Assembly (NCBI GenBank): GCA_964453185.1
Contig: CAYVNN010000004.1
Span: 128,706-192,705, forward strand
Source of the DNA: an uncultured Methanosarcinales archaeon
Lineage (GTDB): Archaea > Nanobdellota > Nanobdellia > Woesearchaeales > DSVV01
DNA: 64,000 bases
Reading direction: 5' to 3'
Below, in pieces: positions 36,207-45,234 of the stretch; the first letter of the stretch is position 1; each line of letters opens with the position of its first letter. A program made the position numbers and the translations under genes. The notes below the pieces were generated by a model that saw nothing but the letters and a program-made list of their open reading frames with translations, was not told the origin of the DNA and did not search any database.

Positions 36207-36314
36207 TAATAGTGCCATGGCGACTCTGATTCTATGTGTATATATCTGCTCGTTTCTTATCCTGACGCAATCGTTGTGTAATACGAAGGTGAGTCAAGGC
36301 GATGGCACTATTGC
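36207..36314 (+). repeat. Structured intergenic repeat family copy E6b (tandem to E6a, divergent subtype)
   Basis: AGUGCCAUGG-CGACUCUGAUUC ... GGUGAGUCAAGGCG-AUGGCACU. Confidence 0.55.
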
Positions 36315-36342
36315 TATTACTTTTCTTAATGCTAATAATTTA

Positions 36343-37611
36343 TTACATGTCTTTTAAAATTAATTTAACATCTTTGTTTGTTATGTTAGAAGAAAGTTGT
36401 TCTATGTCCTTTTTTAATGTTTCAACACTATTTTTTTCTTTGAGTTTTTCTAATTTTTCAATATTTTCTTTAATTTTTTCAATCTTTGATAAGAAATGTT
36501 CTTCTCTATATTTTAATTCATTATACTCTTGCATTGCTGTGTCTCCCATAATGCTTCTTTCACATGAAACTCTTTGTTGTTTTATTTCAGAAATATTGTT
36601 TTTGTAATTAATTAAGTATTGTTTATTTAATTCTTCAATTGTTTTTAATGCTCTTTGTTTTTTATCTTCTTTTAGATCTAATGTATTATTACTTAATGCG
36701 TCTTTTAGTTTTAATAATATTTCATGTATCTTTAATTTATTATCATCTATTATTGCATTTACTGGGTTATTTATATATTGGATAATTAATTTTTCATCTA
36801 AACTATCTCTTGAATATTTTTTTAATGCTTTTTCTAAATTATTAAATAAAGAAAATAATTCATTTTCTCTCTGTTTTATCTCTTTTAATATATTCTTTTT
36901 CTCATTTAATTTTTTCTTTAATCTTAAATAACCTGGACTCTCTTCTGTTTTTCCTAATTTTTTATTATATTTCTCAATTCTTTCTGAGTATTCTTTTTCT
37001 GTTAATTTATTCGTTTTAATATCATGGTCAATCTCAGAAATAATTTTTAATTTTTCTTTAATTTCACTAGATTTTTCAATTATATTTTTTATTGCATTAA
37101 TACTATTCTTATTTGTTAATCTGTTTAATTCATTTGCATGTTTGTCTATGTTTTTAATGTTTAATGCAATATTTTGAGATTCGTTTGCAAAGAATTGTTG
37201 TAAAACATAGTATGCTCTTGCAGTTGATTTATTATAATCTTCTATTTCTCTTGAATAATTTGTGTAAAATATTTTTGCAGATTCAAAGTCTGTTTTGTTT
37301 GATAGTAAGGAATCAAGTAACAAATTTGTTCTTTTTATATAAGCATCTCTATTGCCTTGCATCATGTGTTTTGCTTTTAATGGTATCTTTGAATTCCTTA
37401 ATGATGCATTTTCTAGTAATGTTAGATTCTTTTTTGCAATGAAAACAATTTCACTTATTTTTTCAAACTGTTCTTTTATGCCTGTTTCAATATCTTCATC
37501 TGATTCAGGAGAATTTTGTTTTAACCAATCTTCAAGTTCTTTAAGTTTAACATAAACCTCTTCTAATGGTTCTTCTTCTTTTTTGAATAGGTTTTTAATG
37601 AATTCTAGCAT
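36343..37611 (-). CDS. Hypothetical long coiled-coil protein (422 aa, K/E/N-rich)
   Basis: Continuous heptad-like low-complexity helical sequence with no catalytic motifs. Confidence 0.4.
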   Translation of the reverse strand: MLEFIKNLFKKEEEPLEEVYVKLKELEDWLKQNSPESDEDIETGIKEQFEKISEIVFIAKKNLTLLENASLRNSKIPLKAKHMMQGNRDAYIKRTNLLLDSLLSNKTDFESAKIFYTNYSREIEDYNKSTARAYYVLQQFFANESQNIALNIKNIDKHANELNRLTNKNSINAIKNIIEKSSEIKEKLKIISEIDHDIKTNKLTEKEYSERIEKYNKKLGKTEESPGYLRLKKKLNEKKNILKEIKQRENELFSLFNNLEKALKKYSRDSLDEKLIIQYINNPVNAIIDDNKLKIHEILLKLKDALSNNTLDLKEDKKQRALKTIEELNKQYLINYKNNISEIKQQRVSCERSIMGDTAMQEYNELKYREEHFLSKIEKIKENIEKLEKLKEKNSVETLKKDIEQLSSNITNKDVKLILKDM

Positions 37612-37652
37612 GGGAATATAGAAATATAATTGATTTATATAGTTTATGTAGT

Positions 37653-37776
37653 AAATACACTAGTAGGCCGTTCACTACGCAGATTTCTCTATTTAATTTG
37701 TTTCTAAAGAAATCTGTTCCTCATTGTTTTAAAAATGACAAATGCTTCATTCACCTTAAGGCCAAGCTAGTGTATT
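37653..37776 (+). ncRNA. Structured intergenic element, family 2 copy b (candidate small RNA/MITE)
   Basis: Ends AAAUACACUAGUAGGCC ... GGCCAAGCUAGUGUAUUU pair. Internal inverted repeat CAGAUUUCU…AGAAAUCUG. Shares GGCC-GUUCACUAC (5') and UUCAC…GGCCAAG (3') with the element at 4380-4530. Confidence 0.35.
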
Positions 37777-37840
37777 TATTTTATACTCAAAGCATTAATT
37801 TATGCTTTTCGTAATAAACAGAAAGCAAAAAATAATTGAA

Positions 37841-38833
37841 TTAATTTTTACTTTTGCTATATCTCCAAGTAACTTTTATTTCGTCTGTTCTGAGGTAAGG
37901 ATCAATAATTGCTTTTTCAGGTTTAATGCCACCATTTGCTTTATACATCTTAATACCAAGCCATGCGATCATTAAGCCGTTATCTACGTTGTATTGATTT
38001 TCTAATGTGAAACATTTAGCTTTTCTCTCTTTACACATTATTTTTGCCATTTCTTGTAAACGTAGATTACAAGCTACACCTCCACCTAAGAGAAGTTCTT
38101 TTTTATTACAATGTGCTAATGCTCTCTCTGCAACTTCCATCATCATTGCATAAACTGTTTCTTGAGCTGAGAAGCATAGGTCTTCTTTTTTATATTTTGG
38201 AATTTTTTGTTTTAGGTTTGTGAGAATTCCGCCAAAACTTACATCCATTCCTTTTACTACATATGGAAGTTCAATGAAATTTTTACCTTTTAATGCTAGT
38301 TTGTATATTTTAGGTCCTCCTGGAAAACCTAATCCAAGTTCTCTTGCAAATGAGTCTAAGAAGTTTCCTAGTCCTATATCTAATGTTTCTCCAAATATTC
38401 TGTATCTATTACCTTCATATGCAATAACTTGAGTGTTTGCACCTGAGATGTATAATAAAACTGGATCTTTTGCTTTTGTTAGAAGTTTACCTATTTCTAA
38501 GTGTGCTATACAATGATTTACTCCAATTAATGGAATATTATGTTTTATTGCTAAACATCTTGCAAACATTGCACCTATTCTTAATGTATGTCCTATACCG
38601 GGTGATGATGAATAGCTGATTAAGTCGATGTCTTTTAAAGTTATGTTTGCTTGTTTTAATGCTTGCTTTAAGATTTTATCGCAGATGTTAACATGATGAT
38701 CTGCAGCTTTTGCTGGGATTATTCCCCCTTTCTTTGTTGTGAAGAGAGATTTCTCATTAGCTAAGATTTTCTTATTTTTTATTATACCTATTCCAAAGGT
38801 ATGTGCAGTGCTTTCTATGCCTAAACATATCAT
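37841..38833 (-). CDS. kae1: Kae1/TsaD tRNA t6A37 threonylcarbamoyltransferase (KEOPS catalytic subunit)
   Basis: MICLGIESTAHTFGIGII…, the ASKHA-fold N-terminus of Kae1, with metal-binding His motifs (…CIAHLEIGKL…). 330 aa, not fused to Bud32. Confidence 0.85.
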   Translation of the reverse strand: MICLGIESTAHTFGIGIIKNKKILANEKSLFTTKKGGIIPAKAADHHVNICDKILKQALKQANITLKDIDLISYSSSPGIGHTLRIGAMFARCLAIKHNIPLIGVNHCIAHLEIGKLLTKAKDPVLLYISGANTQVIAYEGNRYRIFGETLDIGLGNFLDSFARELGLGFPGGPKIYKLALKGKNFIELPYVVKGMDVSFGGILTNLKQKIPKYKKEDLCFSAQETVYAMMMEVAERALAHCNKKELLLGGGVACNLRLQEMAKIMCKERKAKCFTLENQYNVDNGLMIAWLGIKMYKANGGIKPEKAIIDPYLRTDEIKVTWRYSKSKN

Positions 38834-38977
38834 TTTATTACTAGATGTCTGTGAATGTATAAATAGTTTATTATTTATAAAATATTATTCTATGGATTGA
38901 TAATAAATAAAAGTAAGTTATGTTTTTGCAATTATATAGTTAATTTTTTAGCTGTAGATTCTTAATTAAAGGAAAAG

Positions 38978-40237
38978 GTGATGTTTATGTCATTTATTGG
39001 CAGTGTTCTTACTCCTAATGATAGAGTTGTTGTTGCGAATAAGCCAGGAGCAGGTTTTGCCTTAGATTTAGCAAATATGCTGGGACAAAGAGAAAATCCT
39101 TTGTTATTATTAGATAATATTGTTTGGGATGATGGAGAATATTGTCCTGTTTTTTCAACAGATAGATTTGATAGATTTGCAAGAGAAAATGGTAAGTCAC
39201 TTGAAGGTAAGGTTGTTTATATTGTGAGTGTTCCAAGTGGAACTTTTTCTAAACAAGATTTAGCAATGAGGAATTTGTTTATTGCATTTGGTGCAAAACA
39301 TATTTGTGGTGCGGAAGGGGTGGTTTTAGTTTCTCCTGATTTATTTTATTCTGCTGAAGATCGTTCAGATAGAACTCCTTTATGGGTTGATGCTATATCT
39401 TCTGAACATAATTTAAGAAGGTTAAAAGATCCTGATGAATTAGCTAAAATGAAAGGTCATTGTCATACTTCTTTAGCATATGCTACTTTTTTAAAGGCTG
39501 CTGGTGTTGATAGGGTTATTAATCTTCATAATCATAGTTCTGAGATAATGAGAGCAATGTATCATCATGTTTTTGATGATTCAAGTGCTTTTGTAGATAT
39601 ATATGTCTCATCTCTTCTTGGTGCTTATGTTGCAGATACTCCTCTTCTTGATCAGTCTAATGATGGTGCAAATGTTTTATGGGTTTGTCCAGATGGTGGT
39701 GCTAGACCTTTTGTTGAAGCAGCAAGAAAAGATTCAGGGTTAACAAAGTCTGCTCTTGCAGTCATGGGAAAGAAGAGAGATAAGGCTGGGAAAATAATTG
39801 GTTACGAGCTTGTTGATGGAAATGATTACTTTGATCCGGATAGAGGGGTTAGGAATATGGATGTTGTTGAACCAGATGATAGGATAAGATCAGGTAAGAC
39901 AATGGCATTGGGTTGTGGTTATTTTTGTGATAATGGTCAAAGGCCTAGGAAATGGATGTTGTATTCTTCTCACACGAATCTTGCTAAGGCTTTAGCAAAT
40001 CTTGATCATCCTTCAATCACAGACATAGTTGTTTTAGGTGCAGATCCAACAATTAGGAATGGATCAAGATTAGCTCATAAATTAAGTCATATTGATGCTA
40101 TTGCTCCAGTAGCTTATGGGATTGAACAATGTGTAGAAAGGGGATTACATCCTTCTGAAGCGTTTTCGTTGGCACAGGTAAGGGAGCATAGACTTTTATC
40201 ATATGAACCTTCTCCTTTTCATTATAGTAACTTTTAA
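38978..40237 (+). CDS. Ribose-phosphate pyrophosphokinase (Prs)-like protein, divergent and C-terminally extended
   Basis: …VVLVSPDLFYSAEDRSDR… resembles the Prs …VIPYfgYARQDRK divalent-cation/ribose-5-P loop. …VVEPDDRIRSGKTM… resembles a PRTase-type PRPP loop. 419 aa, versus ~290 for canonical Prs. Confidence 0.4.
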   Translation: MMFMSFIGSVLTPNDRVVVANKPGAGFALDLANMLGQRENPLLLLDNIVWDDGEYCPVFSTDRFDRFARENGKSLEGKVVYIVSVPSGTFSKQDLAMRNLFIAFGAKHICGAEGVVLVSPDLFYSAEDRSDRTPLWVDAISSEHNLRRLKDPDELAKMKGHCHTSLAYATFLKAAGVDRVINLHNHSSEIMRAMYHHVFDDSSAFVDIYVSSLLGAYVADTPLLDQSNDGANVLWVCPDGGARPFVEAARKDSGLTKSALAVMGKKRDKAGKIIGYELVDGNDYFDPDRGVRNMDVVEPDDRIRSGKTMALGCGYFCDNGQRPRKWMLYSSHTNLAKALANLDHPSITDIVVLGADPTIRNGSRLAHKLSHIDAIAPVAYGIEQCVERGLHPSEAFSLAQVREHRLLSYEPSPFHYSNF

Positions 40238-40292
40238 TTTTTTTTACCATCACCAAAACCCTTAAATACATCCTTTTCTTATATTATTATGT

Positions 40293-42209
40293 ATGGATAT
40301 TGATAAATTATTGAATAGAATAAGAGAATATAATCCTAATGCAGACATTAAGTTAATTAAGAAATCATATGATGTTGCTTTGAAAGCGCATAAAGGACAG
40401 AAGAGGGAGTCAGGAGAGCCTTATATTTCTCATCCATTGAATGTTGCTAAGATTTTAACAGAACTTAAAGCAGATTCTGCTACAATCAGTGCAGCTTTAT
40501 TACATGATGTTGTTGAAGATACTAATGTGTCTATGGATAAAATAAAAAAAGATTTTGGTGAAGAGGTTGCAACTATTGTAGAAGGGCTAACTAAGATTGA
40601 TAAGATTCATTTTGAAACAAAAGAAGATTATAGTGCTGAAAATTTAAGAAAGGTTCTTTTGGCAACTACTAAAGATATTAGAGTTATGTTAGTTAAGTTA
40701 GCAGATAGATTACATAATATGTCTACATTAAAAAATTTTAGAACAGATAAACAAAAAAGAATTGCAACTGAAACTTTAGAGATTTATGCTCCTATTGCAC
40801 ATAAACTTGGAATGTGGAATATGAAAGGAGAATTAGAAGATTTATCTTTAAGATATCTTAAACCAGACGTATATAGATTTCTTGCAGATAACATTAGTGG
40901 GAAAAGGCAAGAAAGAGAAAAAACAACAAAAGAAATTATTAAATTAATTAACAAAAAATTAAAAGAAAAAAATATTACTGCAGAAATTTATGGAAGAGCA
41001 AAATATTTCTTAAGTATATATAAAAAAATGCAGAAAAAGAATCTTGATATTGATGAGATTTATGATTTAATTGCAGTAAGGATAATTACTCAAACAATTC
41101 CTGAATGTTATGGTGCACTAGGTGTTGTTCATGATTTATGGAGACCTTTACCACATAGGTTTAAAGATTATATCTCTGTTCCAAAAGCTAATGGTTACCA
41201 GAGTTTACATACTACTGTTATCACAAAAGATGGGAGAAAATTAGAAGTACAAATTAGGACAGAAGATATGCATCAGATGGCTGAAGTTGGTGTTGCAGCT
41301 CATTGGAAATATCAAGGTACTGAGAGAGATAAACAGTTTGATAAAAGAATTTCTTGGTTAAAGCAAGTTTTAGATTGGAAAAGAGGATCAGATGATGCAA
41401 AAGACTTTATTGAATCGTTTAAAATAGATTTATTCCACGACGAGATTGTTGTCTTTACACCAAAAGGAGATCCAATTTCATTACCTGTAGGATCATCACC
41501 TATTGATTTTGCTTATGCTGTTCATAGTAATGTAGGTAAACAATGTTCATCAACAAAGATTAATAATAAAATGGTTCCTTTGGATACTGAATTAAAGTCA
41601 GGGGATATTATTGAGATAATCACACAGAAAAATGCTAAACCTTCAAGACAATGGTTGAAATTTGTTAAGACAGGGAAAGCAAGAAATAAGATAAGAGCAG
41701 CATTAAATATAAAATCGGAATTAGATCCTAAAAAGGGAAGATTAAGAAAAGAAATGATACAGGCATCTGAAGAAAAGGTTGTTGATCAAATTATAATTGA
41801 AGGAAAGAAAAAAGGTCAGGTTAAATTTTCAAAATGTTGTAATCCAAGGTATGGGGAAGAAATTGTAGCATTTTTTACAAAAGATAAGAAAATTACTGTT
41901 CATAAAAAGACCTGTCCTAATATTTATACTTTAGATAAGAATAAAGAAATTAAAATTAAATGGAAAGTAAGAAGAACAAAGGAACAATATTTAATTGTTA
42001 TTTCTATAGGAGATAGGTTAGGGTTAATGTCTGAGATATTGAATGTTTTTGTTAAGCATAGAATTAATTTAACTGCGATAAACACAAAGGCAAAGAAAGA
42101 CCATGTTGTTATTAAGATTAATATTGATAAGATTGCTAGGAATGTGGTTGATGATTTAATTATTGATATTAAGAAGCTAAGTGATGTTATGGATGTTGCA
42201 TTGAGCTAG
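40293..42209 (+). CDS. rel: Bifunctional (p)ppGpp synthetase/hydrolase, long RelA/SpoT homolog (HD-SYNTH-TGS-ACT)
   Basis: HD domain HKGQKRESGEPYISHPLNVAKIL…AALLHDVVEDT. Synthetase YGRAKYFLSIYKKM…DLIAVRIITQ…KANGYQSLHTTV. TGS EIVVFTPKGDPISLP…GDIIEIIT. C-terminal ACT-like domain. Confidence 0.85.
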   Translation: MDIDKLLNRIREYNPNADIKLIKKSYDVALKAHKGQKRESGEPYISHPLNVAKILTELKADSATISAALLHDVVEDTNVSMDKIKKDFGEEVATIVEGLTKIDKIHFETKEDYSAENLRKVLLATTKDIRVMLVKLADRLHNMSTLKNFRTDKQKRIATETLEIYAPIAHKLGMWNMKGELEDLSLRYLKPDVYRFLADNISGKRQEREKTTKEIIKLINKKLKEKNITAEIYGRAKYFLSIYKKMQKKNLDIDEIYDLIAVRIITQTIPECYGALGVVHDLWRPLPHRFKDYISVPKANGYQSLHTTVITKDGRKLEVQIRTEDMHQMAEVGVAAHWKYQGTERDKQFDKRISWLKQVLDWKRGSDDAKDFIESFKIDLFHDEIVVFTPKGDPISLPVGSSPIDFAYAVHSNVGKQCSSTKINNKMVPLDTELKSGDIIEIITQKNAKPSRQWLKFVKTGKARNKIRAALNIKSELDPKKGRLRKEMIQASEEKVVDQIIIEGKKKGQVKFSKCCNPRYGEEIVAFFTKDKKITVHKKTCPNIYTLDKNKEIKIKWKVRRTKEQYLIVISIGDRLGLMSEILNVFVKHRINLTAINTKAKKDHVVIKINIDKIARNVVDDLIIDIKKLSDVMDVALS

Positions 42210-42937
42210 TTTAGAATTTCAAGAACTTTGTTTGTATTTGTATAATCATCAAATAAGTAATCTGGTTTTGCTTTAATTAATTGTGCTTTTCTTTGATTAT
42301 AACTATCTCCACCTGGTGAACTGTTTTGTGTATTTGAATTTTTAATTACTGCAATGCTTATGCAATTATTTTCTTTTGCCGCTTTAATATCAGATGGGGT
42401 GTCTCCAAAGACAAATATTTTAGCATTTTCTGTAATTATATTGTTTTCTTTTGCAGCTTTGATTGCATTTGATACAATTTCTGTTCTGTTTTTAACATTC
42501 TCTGCATAATTATTTATTCTTTTATCAAAATAATGTTCTAAATCCGTAGCTTTGATTATTGCTTCTCCTGCTTTTTTTATATTTCCTGTTACAATTCCCA
42601 TTGGAATGTTTTTATTTTTTATTTCATCTAATAATTTACTTACACCAGGGAGTATAACATCATTGTTTGATTCTTTTATTCCTTTTAATAGGTTGTTTGA
42701 ATATATTTTCCAGACTTTATTTAATCCTTGTTGGATTACTTCTTCTTTTATCCCTTTTTTTCTTAATGGAATTGCAATGACTTCATTAGATGGTTTTCCA
42801 TAGTTTTTTTCAATTTCTTCAAGAGAAAGTGTTACATTAAAGACGGTTTCAATACCTTTTTGATAACTGGGGGTGTGAAATTTGTATACATTAACTAGGT
42901 TTCCATCAATATCCCATAATGTTAAGGTATCTTTCAT
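42206..42937 (-). CDS. HAD-superfamily hydrolase (phosphatase, subfamily IA-like)
   Basis: Motif I LWDIDGNLV (DxDG). Motif …KIFVFGDTPSDIKAAKENN (GDxxxD). Confidence 0.65.
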   Translation of the reverse strand: MKDTLTLWDIDGNLVNVYKFHTPSYQKGIETVFNVTLSLEEIEKNYGKPSNEVIAIPLRKKGIKEEVIQQGLNKVWKIYSNNLLKGIKESNNDVILPGVSKLLDEIKNKNIPMGIVTGNIKKAGEAIIKATDLEHYFDKRINNYAENVKNRTEIVSNAIKAAKENNIITENAKIFVFGDTPSDIKAAKENNCISIAVIKNSNTQNSSPGGDSYNQRKAQLIKAKPDYLFDDYTNTNKVLEILN

Positions 42938-43192
42938 GATTTTTGTTATTAATAATTACTATATATTTGTTTTGATAGATGGATTTTCATATTTTTCATG
43001 AATTTTTTGTGTAATATATGATATATGGTGGAAAATACTAAAATATCAGTATATTTTCCGATAGCTTTATAAATGGGTTCAAAGAAAACTATGCTATGAT
43101 AATGTTGGCTGACAGTCGTTCTGGGGAGTGATTACGGTATTTATGTACTAGTTAGACCTCTAGAGCGTCAATTTAGGCTTGTTTAAGCCCAT

Positions 43193-43299
43193 GCCCTGGT
43201 AGTGTAGCTCGGCCTATCATGAAGCCCTGTCGAGGCTTCGACTCGGGTTCGAATAAGGATTTCCTGTGTGGATATCCTCTGAAAGTCCCGGCCAGGGCG
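43193..43299 (+). tRNA. tRNA-Asp (GUC) with a single 32-nt intron at 60/61 (T-loop)
   Basis: GCCCUGG-UA-GUGUAGCUCGGCCUAUCAUG-AAGCC-CUGUCGA-GGCUU-CGAC-UCGGG-UUCGAAU[AAGGAUUUCCUGUGUGGAUAUCCUCUGAAAGU]CCCGG-CCAGGGC-G. Confidence 0.7.
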
Positions 43300-43313
43300 T
43301 TTTTCCATTCAAT

Positions 43314-43454
43314 GGGCCGTTAGCTCAGCCTGGTACTTTGTAAGTATTCAAAGCTTTATCGGCAGGAAAGAGCACTGCACTTTTAACAAAGACTGGAACT
43401 TTCAACCAGTTGAAAGTGATGCAGGTGTCGCGAGTTCGAATCTCGTACGGCCCA
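43314..43454 (+). tRNA. tRNA-Lys (UUU) with two introns (D-loop ~34 nt; anticodon 37/38 33 nt)
   Basis: GGGCCGU-UA-GCUC-AGCCUGGUA[intron]-GAGC-A-CUGCA-CUUUUA[ACAAAGACUGGAACUUUCAACCAGUUGAAAGUG]A-UGCAG-GUGUC-GCGAG-UUCGAAU-CUCGU-ACGGCCC-A. Confidence 0.65.
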
Positions 43455-43490
43455 TTATTTAAATAAAAACAAACGGAGGAAGATTATAAT

Positions 43491-43742
43491 ATGGCTGCTA
43501 AAAAAAATAAAATTGATGTGTCTTCTCATTTTCTTGTTCCTAAGCATGTCCTTCTTAATGAAAAACAAAAAAAGGAATTGTTTGAAAAATACAGTATTAC
43601 TGTTGTTGAACTTCCTAAAATTAATATGAAGGATCCTGCAATTATTGACTTAAAAGCAAAAGAAGGAGATGTTGTAAAAATCTTAAGAATTAGTCCAACT
43701 GCAGGTGAATCAACTTATTACAGGTGTGTTATTGATGGATAA
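43491..43742 (+). CDS. rpoH: DNA-directed RNA polymerase subunit H (Rpb5 homolog)
   Basis: 83 aa; …LVPKHVLLNEKQKKELFEKY…DPAIIDLKAKEGDVVKILRISPTAGESTYYRCV. Conserved position before rpoB. Confidence 0.9.
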   Translation: MAAKKNKIDVSSHFLVPKHVLLNEKQKKELFEKYSITVVELPKINMKDPAIIDLKAKEGDVVKILRISPTAGESTYYRCVIDG

Positions 43743-45222
43743 AAACTCAGAAGTATTGATAAAAAAGTATTTTGAAGAACATTCTTTTGTAGCGTCAGAT
43801 ATTGAATCTTTTAACAATTTTGTTGATGTTTTATTACAAAAGATTATTGAAGAAAATAGGAATATTGAACCAACAATTATTCCACATAACATTGATGAAT
43901 TTAAGATTAGATTTGATAGGATATGGGTTACTAAACCAGAGATTACAGAAGCAGACGGATCAAAAAGACCAATTTATCCTATGGAGGCAAGACTAAGAAA
44001 AATTAGTTATTCAGCTCCTGTTTATATTGAGGTTAGTGCACATATTAATGGTATTCAAAGAGAATCATTTACAACACAAATAGGTTGTTTACCAATTATG
44101 TTGAGATCTAAATATTGTCATCTTCATAATTTAACAAGAGAAGAATTAATTGAGAAAGGTGAAGATGCTGATGATTTAGGAGGATACTTTATTGTGAATG
44201 GTACTGAGAGAGTTTTGATTAATATTGAAGATCTTTCACCTAATAAGTTTTTAGTTAATAAACAAAAAACAGGACCAAGTCCTTTTATTGGTAAATTGTT
44301 CTCAGAAAGTGGATCTTATAAAATTCCTCATACAATTGAAAAATTGAAAGATGGATTGTTTTATTTAACTTTTACAAGAGTTAAAAGAATACCAATTATT
44401 CCAATAATTAAAGCATTAGGATTAACAAAAGATGAAGAGATTATGAAGACAATTTGTGGTGACATTGATTATGATACTGTATTGATTAATCTTTATGAGT
44501 TTGTTGATATTAAATCAGAGAACGAAGCATTAGATTATATTGCAAAGAAAATTGGAATCACACAGGCAAAAGATATTAGGATTGAAAGAATGAGAGAAAT
44601 TTTAGACAGGTATTTATGTCCTCATCTTGGAACAGATGCAAAAGATAGAATCAACAAGGCACAAAACATTAGTAAGTTTGTTAAGAAATTTATTATGGTT
44701 GAAAAAGGAGATTTGCCATTAGATGATAAGGATCATTATTTGAATAAAAGATTAAAAATGAGTGGAGACTTATTAGGTGAACTTTTCCAGACAAATCTTA
44801 AAGTTTTGATTGGAGATATGTTGTATAATTTTCAGAGAATTGTAAAGAGAGGAAAGTTCCCTTCAATTAAAGTAGTAATTAGAGATAAATTGTTAACATC
44901 TAGACTTTATAGCTCAATGGCAACAGGTAATTGGGTTGGTGGAAGAAAGGGAGTTAGTCAGAGAATTCAAAGGATTAATTTCTTAGAAACATTAAGTCAT
45001 TTACAAAGGGTTGTTTCACCATTGTCAGCTACTCAAGAAAACTTTGATGCAAGAGAACTTCATTGTACTCATTTAGGAAGATTATGTCCTATTGAAACAC
45101 CAGAAGGAACAAATATTGGATTGAGAAAGAATCTTGCTTTATTATCAGAAGTTTCTTTTGAATCAGAAGAAGATGAAATTCTTAAGACCTTATTGTCTTT
45201 AGGATTAAATACATTAAAATAA
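43735..45222 (+). CDS. rpoB2: RNA polymerase subunit B'' (N-terminal half of split RpoB)
   Basis: Rpb2 N-terminal protrusion/lobe motifs. Start MDKNSEV overlaps the rpoH stop; the track start at 43705 is also open. Confidence 0.85.
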   Translation: MDKNSEVLIKKYFEEHSFVASDIESFNNFVDVLLQKIIEENRNIEPTIIPHNIDEFKIRFDRIWVTKPEITEADGSKRPIYPMEARLRKISYSAPVYIEVSAHINGIQRESFTTQIGCLPIMLRSKYCHLHNLTREELIEKGEDADDLGGYFIVNGTERVLINIEDLSPNKFLVNKQKTGPSPFIGKLFSESGSYKIPHTIEKLKDGLFYLTFTRVKRIPIIPIIKALGLTKDEEIMKTICGDIDYDTVLINLYEFVDIKSENEALDYIAKKIGITQAKDIRIERMREILDRYLCPHLGTDAKDRINKAQNISKFVKKFIMVEKGDLPLDDKDHYLNKRLKMSGDLLGELFQTNLKVLIGDMLYNFQRIVKRGKFPSIKVVIRDKLLTSRLYSSMATGNWVGGRKGVSQRIQRINFLETLSHLQRVVSPLSATQENFDARELHCTHLGRLCPIETPEGTNIGLRKNLALLSEVSFESEEDEILKTLLSLGLNTLK

Positions 45223-45234
45223 AGGTAATGCAAA

